Shown here piece by piece: positions 12,590-25,447 of a stretch of 64,000 nt of DNA (its first letter is position 1; each line of letters opens with the position of its first letter). A program made the translations under genes and the position numbers. Under the pieces are notes generated by a model. The model was not told the DNA's origin, made no database searches, and worked only from the letters and a program-made list of their open reading frames with translations. This DNA is from Stegostoma tigrinum (lineage: Eukaryota), in NCBI RefSeq assembly GCF_030684315.1, contig NC_081368.1:42175734-42239733 (forward strand), written 5' to 3'.

Positions 12590-13662
12590 GGTTCTCTGGC
12601 AGAAAGCAGAAAGCAGAAAGTCAAAAGGATAGCAACTGGTGACAAGTGGCGATCCACAAGGGTCAGTGTTGGGACCACAACTTTTTATTTTTGCATTAAT
12701 GATCTAAATGAAGGAACTGAGGGCATTCTGGCTAAGTCTGCAGATGATACAAAGATAGGCAGAGGGATGGGTAGTATTGAGGATGTGGAGAGGCAGCAGA
12801 AGGATTTGGACAGGTTGAGAGAGTTGGCAAAGAAGTGGCAGATGGAGTACAATGTGGGAAAGTATGAGGTCATGCACTTTGGTAAGAAGAATAGAAGCAT
12901 GGGCTGCTTTCTAAATGGGAAGAAAATTCAGAAGTCTAAAGTGCAAAGAGACTTGGGAGTTCGAATCCAGGATTCTCTCAAGGTAAACCTGCTGGTTGAG
13001 TCAGTAGTTAGGAATGCAAATACAACTTTGGCATTTATTTTGAGAGGACTTGAATACACAAGCAGGGCTGTACTTCTGAGATTCTATAAGGCTCTGGTCA
13101 GGCCAAATTTGGAGTATTGTGAACAGTTTTGGGCCCATATCTCAGGAAAGATGTACTCGCCCTGGAGCAGGTTCACAGGAGGTCCGGTAGAATGGTCCCA
13201 GGAGTGAAAAGCTTTGCATATGAGCAGCATTTGAGGGCTCTTTACTTAATGGAGTTTAGAAGGACTGGTGGGTGGGGGTGGAGGATCTACATGGAACTCA
13301 CAAAATACTGAATGGCCTGGACAGTACAGATGTTGGGAAGATGTTTCCATTGGTAGGAGACTAGGACCCGAGGGTACAGCCTTAGAGTAAAGGGGAGACC
13401 TTTCAGATCTGAGATCAGGAGAAACTTCTTCAGCCAGAGAGAGTGGTGAATCTAAGGAATTCACTGCCACAGAAGGCTGTGGAGGCCAGGTCATGGAGTA
13501 TATCTAAGACAGAGATAGATAAGTTCTTGACTGTCAAGGGGATCAAGGATTATGGGCAGAAAGGAGAATGGGGAGGAGAAACTTAATTATCTATTATTGA
13601 GTGGTGGAGTAGATTCGATGGGCTGAATAACCTAATTTCTGCTCCTATATCTTATGGTCTTA
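12590..13662 (+). mobile_element. CR1 LINE 3' fragment
   Basis: PQGSVLGP, ADDTK, WQMEYNVGK, LVRPNLEYCEQFW, and a 3' tail tcttatggtctt. Confidence 0.88.
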
Positions 13663-13945
13663 AAGTGCTGGAGAAGCTCAGTTGGTTTGGGAGCTGTGAG
13701 ACAGTGTTAACATTACGAGACAGATATGACTTCTTCAGAGAAACTCTTTTAGTAACGTGATACTGGAGAATCTGTTTTTCTGGTGTTAATGAAGGGAGTT
13801 AGTATTAATTGAACAGGCTAGGAAGTAAGAACACCCTTCAAGCTTTCCGGGACAAAAAAAACTGCTCTAGAATTGTATACGTTCACTGAGAAAGCTGTTT
13901 AACATCTCATCCGAAAATCATGAGGGGCATTACAGTTGTATAGCT

Positions 13946-14069
13946 GTGATAATGGGAGCTGCAGATGCTGGAGAGTTCAAGATAAAGTGTGGAGCTGGAT
14001 GAACACAGCAGGCCAAGCAGCATCTCAGGAGCACAAAAGCTGACGTTTCGGGCCTAGACCCTTCAAAAA
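13946..14069 (-). mobile_element. Short PLE 3'-end insertion truncated inside the hammerhead, 10-bp TSD
   Basis: Same sequence as 1341-1424 and its 3' extension. TTGTATAGCT flanks it at 13936-13945 and 14070-14079. Confidence 0.8.
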
Positions 14070-14574
14070 TTGTATAGCTAACCCGGAGATGGGCCTGACT
14101 AACTCGATGTCGGAACAAGGAAGAGACGCTCTCATTACCACTTGCAAAGTTCAAGATTTAATAATTTTCCATTTAACAGGGCCAGACAAATGGAAATGAC
14201 TGTACTTAATATAGCCCAGACAACGAGCACAGCATTGTTATGAATATTCGAAGGCCTGCCCCACGACATTGAGATTCCCAGTGAGAACAACTAATTTACA
14301 CTAACCCACATTGTCCCGGCCACAAACTCCATTCATTCAACCTCGCAGCTCCTTCTCATCAATCAGACGGAGGGGTTTGATCCCAGGCCCAGGCCCAGGG
14401 ACACTCAAAATAAGTTACAGCCCCACAACCTCTCTACTACAAGGCCACAACATTACAGACTAATCATACGATCCACTTTAATTCAGTGGGGAAATATATA
14501 CATCTCCAAAACGAATACCGTGTTCTGATAGTTGATCTTCTCCCACACAAAGCAAAACCTTTTTAACTATACTT

Positions 14575-14752
14575 CAGTTTCCGGAACAGCTATGAGCAAT
14601 ACTACATTACCCAGAATGCCAATCGATCGTCGCGCATGTGTAAGTGGCTTCAGATCACGTGCAGTCCCCTGCGGCAAATAGGACTGAGGCCGAACGACAA
14701 TCGGCGCATGCGCGGGGTTGCTATTGTGTGAGTGCGGAGTATTGGAGTGAAG
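14575..14752. promoter_or_regulatory. Bidirectional CpG-rich promoter shared by COX11 and RBM41
   Basis: CpG-rich patch. ZNF143/Staf-THAP11-like ACTACAttaCCCAGAATGC at 14601-14619, CCAAT at 14619-14623, NRF1-like CGCGCATGTG at 14631-14640, E-box CACGTG at 14656-14661, perfect NRF1 palindrome GCGCATGCGC at 14704-14713. RBM41 ATG at 14753. Confidence 0.8.
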
Positions 14753-14760
14753 ATGCGCAG
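14753..14760 (+). CDS. RBM41: RBM41 coding exon 1 (8 coding nt, ATG CGC AG)
   Basis: AAGATGCGCAG|GTAAAT. Phase 2 joins exon 2 to give MRRVSS..., matching the recalled human start MKRVNS. Confidence 0.85.
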
Positions 14761-15068
14761 GTAAATTAGAGAGAATAAGTATTCAGGTTATTACTGGGTT
14801 TTTACACATTACGTGCTTATAGTTAATGGGATAGGGGTTTCTGGACGATGAAAACACAGTTATTGATTCCGTTCCTGTCTGATGAAGGTCATTTTCATTG
14901 TTGGAAGAAGCCGAGGAACAGAGAGAAATGGCTGCCTATGGGGCTCTTGAAAATAGCCCTAATAGAAAAGAGTCGGAGTTATTACATCACTAACAGTCAC
15001 ATCTAATGCTGTTCAAAATACAAAATGAAACGTTTCGTTTAATGGTAACCTATATATGTAGCGAATAG

Positions 15069-15164
15069 GAGATAACAAAGTGTGGAGCTGGATGAACACA
15101 GCAGGTCAAGCAGCATCTTAGGAGCACAAAAGCTGACGTTTCGGGCCTAGACCCTGTTTATCTC
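15069..15164 (-). mobile_element. Short PLE 3'-end insertion in RBM41 intron 1
   Basis: Same family as 13946-14069. Ends at ...gggcctagaccct, with short inverted ends gagataaca and tgtttatctc. Confidence 0.7.
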
Positions 15165-16134
15165 AAGGCGTTACTTTCTTTTGTTTGCTCGGACGAATTC
15201 TGATGTCGTGCACTACTATTTGCAGCCAGTTATGATTTACTAAAACCTTCAAGATTTGCCGATTCCCGGTCATACTGAGCAAATGTTTAACACTTGTGCA
15301 CTTTTATTATCAAAACGCTTTGTCTTCATTCAACCTCGATAATTCTGTTCCAAACATTTTCCAGATTGGTCATTTTAAAATAGTTGATCCTGCTTGTTTC
15401 TAGCATCTGGAAAGTAAAATAAGGGAATACGGATTGAGAATCTGTTGTGCTAATGCTCGTCAAACGTCAGGGAAGATGCATCTGTACGTTAAAGGGAGTT
15501 CTTTTTATAAGCCTGACAGTGAAAAGAAAGGGGATGGTTAGTTTAGTTGATTCGTTGTTGACGTTTTTCTGAGCCACAGAATGGGATTTTGAAGTGAACT
15601 TGGGTCTCTCTCCGTTTGGTCCTGGTCCTTGAAGGAATACAATGGTTAAAACATTACTTAGAAAAACTGCCAGGAAAATGGCACAAGATGAACTATCTGC
15701 CGACAGAGACAAAGACCTTCTGTCTTTGTTCAGTGCACTTATGATTGAAAGTGTAAAGACCGTTGTTAGTGTCTTTGTTCTAAAAGTGAAGATAATGTAA
15801 TTACTGTAGTACCAATTCGTTTAGTGAGTATCCCCACTATATATGTTCCATAAAGCTTATAGCCCAATTCAATCAAACCTGGGACTATTGGCATTGGCTA
15901 TTATTTGTTGACGAGAGGAGTGAGCTTCAGTTTGGGGAGACGATAAATTATTAATCCAGAAACTCAGCTAATATACTGGGAACAAAGCCTTGAATCCCAC
16001 CAGGGCAGATAGTAGGTTTGCATTCAATTTTTAAAAAAAATTTGGGATTAGGAAATGTAATGATTCAAGTGCACCTAGGGACAGGTAATAGATGCTGGCC
16101 AGCCAACAATGCTCAAGTAAATTTTAAGAAAGAT

Positions 16135-16262
16135 TTCTGAGGAAGGGTCACCAGACTCAAAACATTAACTTTGACTTCTCTTCACAGATGATACCAGACC
16201 TGTGGAGCTTTTCCAGCAAAACATCTGTTTATGTTTCTGATTTACAGCATCCACGGTTCTTT
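16135..16262 (+). mobile_element. Degenerate hammerhead-bearing mini-element
   Basis: CTGAGGA-a-GGGTC-acca-GACTC-AAAACATT, followed by the cagatg...agacctg...tccagca tail. Confidence 0.55.
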
Positions 16263-17766
16263 GCTTTTTTTTAAAAGCAGGTATCCTGGGAACAGAGAAC
16301 AAAAATAATCAACCAGAGTTTCCACTTTTCATTTTTGGAGTGATGCCTGATGAGAGCCCTAGTGTATGGCTATTTGCTGAAGATGGAGTAGACTTAGCAA
16401 AATGTTTTGTTTCTAATAACTTGCATTTTTAAGAAGGCAATAATAGACACTGCTGTTTCTGAAAGAGCAAATGATAAATAAATGAAGACTATTTGCGAGT
16501 AGAATTAGATGAATAAATCACACACAAAAGATACACAATTTATTTAAGCCATTAGAAAAATAGTTTTGCTAAATTTATTAAAAGGATCAATCTAATAAAA
16601 TAGGGTATTAGTGAAATCACTTCATTCCTCAGGACTGTTGAGAATCTAGGCTCAGTATTCTCAGTCTCACTTTATTGGATAGTCTGCCTATTTTAGGAAT
16701 GAGTCTGGTGAACCTTTGTTGCAGTCCATCTCTGAAATTTTTTTTTTATTGTAATTAATAGTAATAAATGTAGTCCTGTGTTGCAGCTTCACAAGGTTGA
16801 TACATAATTTTTAGTTTTGTCCGAATTGTTGTTCCTGGCACGGCCTCCTGCCTTTATGGTAATGGTAGATTAGGAGCTGTGCTGCGTTACAGATTGTGGT
16901 TGCAAAAAACTTTGTACTGCTGAAGGCCCATAGCACTTCATGGAGGCCCAGACTTGAGCTGGTAGATCTATTCAAAATCTTTCCCAGGGTGGTACACAAC
17001 ATATAGGACAGTATCCTCAATGTAATCCATAACTTAATATATGACAATGGCTGAAGGTAAGAGCAAGAGAAGTTCCTCGTCAGCCATTTGACGTAAAGGA
17101 ATTGGGGTCTGTACCACAACTATCCACAGCATGAGTTTCCAATATACATGTACATGTGGACATTACCACATCAGTCTGGACGTCTTGGAAATGCAGACAG
17201 GGAGAGAGGTGATAGTTTTAGCCATGTCTGAATCTCATTTCTATCAATAACACTGTGTTCAATCTCACTTCTGCTGTGGATTTGGGTCCTGTTGCCATGC
17301 CATCCCTATTGTGATGCTGTTGGTTGGACTAACCTTTGGCAGAGGAGAACTGTTTAAGAAATAATATTAGAACTTATTTCAGAATTCCAGACAGAACTTA
17401 ATTTTTTGAATGCTAGCTCAAAAGTACAATCGATTGGTCTTATTCACTGAGTTGATTAAAAAGATCTACGTTAGAACAGCTGAGCAGAAAAATCACATTG
17501 ATTAATGTCAGTCTGACAGATTAAACAGTGAATGTTTAGCATCTCTTGGCTGTCAGTGAAATACATGCATATTTTAACTTGAAAATATTATTAGGAACAA
17601 AGGAAATTAAGCCTTTTGTGAAGCTGAAATAAGGATCTCACTGTTCTGGTTCTTATTGCTAACTTCCAGTTTCCAAATTCAAAATTACATATTAATTGTG
17701 GCCTTTTTGCATTTTAATCCTGATGTAATGTAAGCAAGACACCTCTTATTCCCTTTTAAAATTTAG

Positions 17767-17886
17767 GGTTAGTAGTCGTATAAGTGGTGATGATGATGTT
17801 GAGCCAGAGGAGCTGGAGACAGAAGGAGAGAGGCAATTGCAAAACCTCTTGAAGCACCAGTTAGACACAAGCGTAACACTTGAAGA
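17767..17886 (+). CDS. RBM41: RBM41 coding exon 2
   Basis: VSSRISGDDDVEPEELETEGERQLQNLLKHQLDTSVTLE. tttag acceptor, GTGAGT donor. Confidence 0.93.
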
Positions 17887-18474
17887 GTGAGTATTGGAAC
17901 ATTTCTTCAGTGATGTTTTTGTATGAATAAAACCAAGTAAGAAAGTAATGTTTGTGTACATTTTAATGCATTGTAGTCCTTTCAAAATTATGACAAAATG
18001 GAAAATGCTGGAAAACTCAGGTCTGTCGGCATTCAGAGAGAAGACAGAGTGCTTCTTGTTGAATCCCTTTATGCTGATTGATGTTCTATGCAATTCCAGC
18101 ATTTTCTGTTCTTACTTCGTATTTGCAATTCTGGATTATTTTTTGTTTTTATTTCTACAGGTATTTAAAGGCTTACCTCTTTTTTTTTCCAGTTACCTCC
18201 AGGCTGCACAAATAAATCCCAATTTAGAATGAAATCTCAAATAAAGATTCTGTCACATAATTTCATTGTCTTTTTCGAAGGTTTAAATGGTGGAATCACC
18301 ATAAAGTGGTAATTAATGCATTCAGAATTCCTGTATTATAGCAACTTTCTCAACTTGTGCTGTTAAACAAACAAAATGTTATTTTATTTAGAGGCATTAG
18401 TTGCTTTCATTTACCCAATTACACTAATCAATGCAATTTTATAGTTTTTTTCCAAAATGTAAGATTACCAAATC

Positions 18475-18700
18475 ATAACAAAGAACAAAGAAACCTACAG
18501 CACAGGAACAGGCCCTTCGGCCCTCCAAGCCTGCACCGATCAAGATCCTCTGTCTAACCTGTCATCTATTTTCTAACGGTCTGTGTCCATTTGCTCCCTG
18601 CCCATACATGTATCTGTCCAAATATATCTTAAAAGACGCTAACGTGTCTGCGTCTACCACCTCCGCTGGCAACGCGTTCCAGGCGCCCACCACCCTCTGT
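18475..18700 (-). mobile_element. CR1 3'-end fragment
   Basis: aacaaagaacaaagaaa...caggcccttcggccctccaagcctg...ggcaacgcgttccagg is the reverse complement of a CR1 tail. Confidence 0.7.
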
Positions 18701-19286
18701 GTTTTTATAAAAAAAAATCCATAGGAAGATCTTCCATTCCAGATGGCAGCAACGAAATGTGTGCCATTTCCTGTAGTATGGGCAGAAGTAGCTGGCTCTG
18801 TTACCTTTTAACATAGTGAAATAATCTGATTATTTAAATTTGCTTACAAATGCAACAGTGTGGTTACAAGTGGGAGTTCACACATTGATGTTTTCTAAGT
18901 GTATCTTTGCTTTGCGGTAAAATGCAAAAATGAAGGGGTTGTGGATTTATGAATCCTGCCTGAAAAGAAATGTGTGTGGCTTGGTTGTCAAAGGTTTAAA
19001 GGGAGGCTCAGGATATTACTGGGAAGAAGGTGTAAAACGTGGCAAGGGCATCTATGCTGGCTGTGGGTATTTTGTTAGCTGCAAGTTTCACAAGGATGTT
19101 TTCAGAATGAGGTTTTATAAACTCTTGAAATTTAATCTGAATTTAATTTCAAGTTGAAATGGAGTTCAGTGGATCTAAGCAATAACTAATCAAACGAGCC
19201 ATTTTGCAGCAAACAGCTCAATATAGAACAGAGAACATTACAGTGCAGTGGATGTGAGTTTGCTCGCTGAGCTGGAAGGTTCGTTT

Positions 19287-19326
19287 TCAGACGTTTCATC
19301 ACCATTATAGGTAACATCATCAGTGA
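19287..19326 (-). ncRNA. Minimal hammerhead motif in the inverted segment
   Basis: Minus strand reads tca-CTGATGA-t-GTTACC-tataat-GGTGAT-GAAAC-GTC-tga. Confidence 0.7.
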
Positions 19327-19566
19327 GCCTCCGGTGAAGCGCTGGTGTTATGTCCCGTTTTCTGTTTATCTGTTTAGGTTTCCTTGGGTTGGTGATGTCA
19401 TTTTCTGTTCTTGTTCTCAGAGGATGGTAGATAAGCTCCAAATCAATGCGTTTGTTGATGGAGTTCCGATTGGAATGCCATGCTTCCAGGAATTCTTGTG
19501 GAAACCCAAGGAAACCTAAACAGATAAATAGAAAGCGGGACATAACACCAGTGCTTCACCGGAGGC

Positions 19567-19606
19567 TCACTGATGATGATACCTAGAATGGTGACGAAAT
19601 GTCTGA
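19567..19606 (+). ncRNA. Minimal hammerhead motif in the 5' pseudo-LTR
   Basis: tca-CTGATGA-t-GATACC-tagaat-GGTGAC-GAAAT-GTC-tga. One stem II mismatch and a C-to-T change in stem III. Confidence 0.65.
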
Positions 19607-22052
19607 AAATGAACCTTCCAGCTCAGCGAGCAAACTCGCATCCAGAACCTCAACCTGAGCTACAAATCTTCTCAACACTCGCTAGCACCTATGGGCGCAA
19701 TACGCTAAAACTGGCCTGAAGATGGGAAACCAATGCCATCTGACAGAGTGCTACCCCTGAACAGCTGTACTTCCCACACGAATGCCTAAAGAAACAGGTA
19801 CTACCTAAATGTCACAAGTACAAACCTCCCCTTAACACCCCACTAGCCAAAAGAATAGCAGAACAAAACAGGTGCAGAATGCTTAAAAGAAATGATCAAC
19901 GATGCCCACAACAGACTCCGTAAATACAACTGGGAAATTTCGTGCCAAAAAACTTTACTCACTGACGCGACAGACCATGAATGGACAGACACAGTACAAC
20001 GAGCCATAGACATTAGACAACGGCAAACACAGAAAACGAGAAAACTAGACCTGTAGAAAAAAACTAGATAAACTCACATACAATAACAACACAGACAATA
20101 CAGAAGCATGGATAAAAAACTTCAGACCGACCATTAACAGACACTGAAAAAGCCGTCTTAGTAAGAGGATTAAATTACAACTTCCAGGATGCGGACAAGA
20201 AAGATTTCTTAGCAGCGTTAGAAACAACACTGAAAGACAACAAATTTACAGAAGAAACCCAGCAAACCATCAGACAGACAGTCGCACCAACATTAAGCAG
20301 GAAAAAGGAAGGAAACACACTCTACACAAGAAAGGAAAGCACTAAAAGGACTCAAAAAAGATAAAAACATCGTTATCCTACCTGCAGACAAAGGATGCTC
20401 GACAGTCATTTTAAACCGAACAGAATACATTGAGAAAGCGAAGGCACTGCTTGCAGATTCTGACACTTGCCAACAGGTGGCGACAGACCCGACCCCACAA
20501 CTAGAGAACCGAATCACAGCCTTACTCAAAAAACTTAAAATCTGGAGAATTAAACAAGAGAGACTTCCAAAAAATGAAACCAGATGGATCCAACACAACA
20601 CGCTTCTACGGACTACCAAAAATTCAGAAACCAGGAGCCCCCCTCAGACCCATAGTCTCGCTACCAGGAACACTAACGTACAGATTAGTCAAGGAACTAC
20701 GCCAAAGACTAAAACACCTAATAGAAGATTCACACCACTCCATTCACTCAACCCAAGAATTCCTGAACACCAAAGACACCAAGATAGAAGAGGATGAAAT
20801 AATGGTCTCCTTTGACGTAACAGCCCTGTTCACATCCATCAACATCAACCTGGCCAAAGAAACACTGACTACACTATTAGAAGAACCGAAGACACATACA
20901 CCAGACACCACCAACCTCATCAGCAAGGACATCAAGCTAGTGGACCTATGCCTCACCACCCACTTCACTTTCAATAACAAAACCTACAGACAAACCAACA
21001 GTACACCCATGGGATCTCCGATATCAGGGTTCTTAGCAGAGGCAGTAATGCAGAGACTCAAACAAACAGCTCTGCCAATCATCCAACCCAAACTTTGGGT
21101 CCGCTATGTGGATGACACCTTTGTCATCACTAAACAAAACAAATTAGAGGAAACCTTCAAGACCATCAATAATACCCTTTACTGGCATAACATTCACAAA
21201 AGAGGAGGAAAACAACAACAAACTGCCATTCCTAGATGTCACAGTAGAGCGAACAGCCAATGGGGAACTTCAAACCAGCGTCTACAGGAAAACAACACAT
21301 ACGGACCAAACACTGAACTACAGGAGCAACCATCCCAACACCCACAAACGAAGCTGCATTAGAACATTATTCCAACGAGCGACCACACACTGCAGCACAA
21401 AGGAACTACGCAGAGCAGAAGAAAATCACCTATACAGCACATTTATAAAGAATGGGTACCCAATGAACACAGTCCGCCGATTTCTCAGCCACAAACCCAA
21501 ACAAACAGAATGTGCCCAGAAACCGCAACCACTCTCCCCACATCAAAGACATTTCCGAAATGACTGCCAGACTACTCAGACCTCTTGGCATCACGGTAGC
21601 CCACAAACCCACCAACACACTAAAACAGCAGCTAATGAACTTAAAACACCCGATACAGACAACAAGCAAAACAAACGTCATCTACAAAATACCTTGCAAG
21701 AACTGTGACAAACACTACATTGGACAAACTGGCAGGAAGCTAGCCACCAGGATACACTAACATCAACTAGCCGCAAAAAGACATGATCCACTATCACTAG
21801 TGTCCTTACATACAGAGGAAGGACACCACTTTGATTGGGACAACACATCCATCCTAGGACAAGCCAAACAGAGACACTCACGAGAATTCCTGGAAGCATG
21901 GTATTCCAACTGGAACGCCATCAACAAACACATTGATTTAGAGCCCATCTACCATCCTCTGAGAAAAAGAACAGGAAATGACATCACCAACCCAAGGAAA
22001 CCTAAACACATAAATGGAAAGCGGGACATAACACCAGCGCTTCACCGGAGGC

Positions 22053-22091
22053 TCACTGATGATGTTACCTAGAATGTGACGAAACGTCTGA
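22053..22091 (+). ncRNA. Minimal hammerhead ribozyme motif in the 3' pseudo-LTR, core intact
   Basis: tca-CTGATGA-t-GTTAC-ctagaat-GTGAC-GAAAC-GTC-tga: 3-bp proximal stem I, 5-bp stem II, GUC cleavage triplet. Confidence 0.8.
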
Positions 22092-23072
22092 AAACGAACC
22101 TTCCAGCTCAGCGAGCAAACTCACATCTAGAACCTCAACCTGAGCTACAGATCTTCTCAAAACTCGCTAATTACAGTGCAGTACATATCTCTTCACTTCA
22201 GCAAGAGGCCCATATGATTTATATTGCCACGGGGATGGGCTGTGGGAAGAAAAGGTCCATTGAAAGCTATTATAGGGTCAGGAAGTAGGTTTTTTTAAGG
22301 TGGTCGCAAACCCCTAAGATGCAAGAATCTGGGAAAGAGCAGTGAATTTGTTGTGGCCAATTTCTCTTGCTTAACATGCAAAATGCATGTGGGACTTCAT
22401 TCTTGTATTGAAAAGATCAGATTTGAGCGGATTTAAATGAGGCTAGAATGTTCTGATGTAATAAGCAGTACCCCTAGCTTTGTTTAGAAGGAGGAATGTT
22501 CAGGGTAAGACTTAGGATTGGAGGTTGGCTAGAAAACAAGTATGCCGTCATGAGCTAAGAAAATGTTTCAACTGGTTCCTAGAGAATGGTATGCCTGCTT
22601 GAGGGGTACAGCAAAGTAACAATGAAGGGGGATTTCAGTCATTTTAAAAGGTGAATAATAAACACTTTAATGTGGCAGCTGAATACTGTTAGAAACAATG
22701 TTACTGCACCAAACAAGCTAACAGCAAAAGTCTTAAAACCTGAAATCCTATATGATCCTTCCATGGAGTCACTGAAACACCCACTACCAAAACACAAATG
22801 TTTTGTGATCAGAACATTCAGCAACACTACATTGGTTTGACTTTGTTGAATCAACTTCTACCTCAGGAACAACTATTAACTTGGGTCAATTTTCATGAGA
22901 CCCAGCGTTACTTCACAAATACCAACATTCTTTGCATAAGAGAGAAATATATTTTTTAAAACAATGTCTTTGACTTATAACTGTTCGTAATCATTAATTA
23001 CCACTTAGTTGTTCTACCATTTGTTGACTTCATGCTGCTTTTTCTGATTTAAGTTTCCTTTTGTTTTGATAG

Positions 23073-23265
23073 ATGCATTGCTAAGAAAAAATGCTTTGCC
23101 CCAAGTTCTTTGTACAAGCCATTTGGGGAGCAGGCAGCAGGAGTGCTCAGTCTGTCACAGTTTCAGACTCTGCAAGATGGAGAAGGGGAGGTTGCTGCCC
23201 TGAGAGAACTGGGACTTACTGACAGGGAGATCCAACTCTGGCAAGATAGGGAATCTCTAGTTAAG
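23073..23265 (+). CDS. RBM41: RBM41 coding exon 3
   Basis: CIAKKKCFAPSSLYKPFGEQAAGVLSLSQFQTLQ...LRELGLTDREIQLW...LVK. AG/GT boundaries, frame continuous. Confidence 0.93.
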
Positions 23266-25214
23266 GTACAGTATACCTAGAGAGCGTTTGTAAACTTATG
23301 TAGGGATAAGTAACAATGTGCAATGTTAGCATCCACATAGGTAGCATGTTTGTGACGTATTAGTCTAATTAAAAGAGTGCATTCTATTTTGTACCAACAG
23401 TCTGAGGAATTCATTATCACTGTGTTGAACATCTATACTCTTAATGTTGTACAGTACAGATTTCTCTATTTAACTTATATAGATCACATGAATGTATCTC
23501 TGATGCTAAGGAAGAATTTGAGTATTATTCGATTTTACTTCAGTACTTCAAATCTGGAAAGGATGAGCAAGCTTTTTGCAATGTCACCATCTGTTCTATT
23601 CCAGCATGGTTCTTGAGACAGTCCCTAGGAAGATTTTCTAACTTCAAATAGTTACTGTACAAAAGACCACGCAGTCCATTTTGTTTGTGTCAATCCTCTG
23701 TGAGCAATTCATTTAGTTCCATTCCCTTGTTCTTTGCCCCAGGGATCCAGGATTCTCCAGTCTTCTTGGTAACTAACATCCCTAATCTGTGAAATTATTC
23801 TCATAAACTTATTTGCTGGTCATAGGTTTTATTAAGACTGACAAGTGTCAGTGTGATGTTCAAGTGCATCGAAAACTTTGGCACTTAACAAAATGTCAGT
23901 TCCTTGAGTGTTAGAACAGTTTATAAGACAGTTCAAGCGCACTTATTAGAAAATGCCACTCAAACACTAGTGACTAATAGGCATGCTGTGTATTTAATCA
24001 ACCTCCTCAATTGCTGGTCCAGATGATGCACCTGCACCATAAGGGACCCCACCAGCACTAGGAAAGCCTCTTGGTGGTCCACCAGGCCCTGGGTGGGCTT
24101 TGATATGTGGGATTGCAGATTTTTTTTTTCTCCAGCTCCTTCAATTGGTGCTCATGCTCAAATCTTTTCTGCACCTTTGCTGGTGCTGTCTTATCTTTCC
24201 AAATGTTTGGTGCCCAGAATAGACACAATCCACCAATGAGGCTGGACTGATGTTTTATGAAGGTTATCATATTTTAATTCACTTGTGAGATGAGTAGAGG
24301 CCAGCATTTATTTGTTCACTTTAATTGCCCTTGAAGAAGTCAGTCACCTTCTTGAATAACTGCAGTCTACTTGATGACGGTACACCCACAATGCTGTTGA
24401 GATGTTACAGGATTTTGACCCAGAAACGCTGAAGAGACATCAGAGTTCTAAATTAGGTTGGTACATGACTAAAGAGGAATTGGCAGGTGGTAAGTTTCCC
24501 ATACATCTGATGTCCTTATCCTTCCAGTAGCTGGACCTTTCAGGTTTGAAGGTGCTGTTGAAGGAACTTTGGTGTGTTGCTGCAGTGCATCTTGCACTTG
24601 CACTGGTGAAGCTCAAGTCTCATCAGTTGCAAATGGAATAAATTTAAATTGGTGGATGTATTGTGTCTCTGTTTTGTGAAGTCCAAGATCCCACATGACT
24701 TATTAACAACATTCTCAATCTTCCCTGCACACTCAGTGATTTGTGCATATACACTTCCAGATACCTTTTGTTCTCCTTTAGAATTGTATCCATTTTTTAA
24801 TGCCTTTCCTGCTAACGTAAAGCATTCCACATTGTTAAATTTCGTCTGCCCCATGTATGCCCATTCCACCAGAATGTCTCTGTTCTCCGGGTTTCTCATT
24901 ATCCTTGTCATAATACTTTCACAAAACTTCTCATTTTTGTTTTTGTTTTGCATATCTTGAAGTTGTGCCCTGTAGACCTAAGTTTAAGTAATTTAGTATA
25001 CGTCAAGACAAGCAGTTGTCCAAGTACCAACCTTTGAGGAACCCCAATTCAGTAATAGTTGAGAGCTGGGTACAAATGGAGAGGCGATAACCAGTTGAAC
25101 ACAGAATTTGCGGTCTGTAGATTTATTGTGTATGGAGAAGAAGTTAAAATCTCATATGCAGCTGATTAAGGAAGCGGTCTGGGCCTCAAATTGCTGCAAA
25201 TAAGTTGGAAGATG

Positions 25215-25447
25215 GGGAGGTAATGGCCTAGTGGTATTATTACTGGACAGTTATTCTGGAGACCCAGGTAAATTTCTGGGACGTGAGTTTGAATCTTAGC
25301 ACAGCAGATGAGTTTTTATTGAATTCAAATTCCACTATCTGGTTGACTAATGTCCTTGAGGAAGCAAAATGCCATCTGGGCAATTAGGATCAGCAATAAA
25401 TGCTGGCACAGCCAGTGATGCCCTCATCCTGTCAGGGAATTAAAAAA
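25215..25447 (+). mobile_element. SINE-like short derivative: tRNA-like head joined to LINE 3' tail
   Basis: TGGCCTAGTGG head, homologous to 8203-8300, joined to gggcaattagg...aataaatgctggc tail, homologous to 11445-11510. A similar copy lies at ~15933-16120. Confidence 0.65.

Larger units (their letters stand above)
19250..22169 (+). mobile_element. Near full-length Penelope/Poseidon-like PLE with direct pseudo-LTRs, inverted 5' segment and 13-bp TSD
   Basis: RT with YVDD at 21105-21116 and PMGSPIS; GIY-YIG VIYKIPCKNCDKHYIGQTGR. Direct repeats at ~19503-19684 and ~21989-22169; 19250-19497 is the reverse complement of the 3' end. TSD ATTACAGTGCAGT at 19237-19249 and 22170-22182. The ORF is broken by frameshifts and a TAA at 21758. 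Confidence 0.93.
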
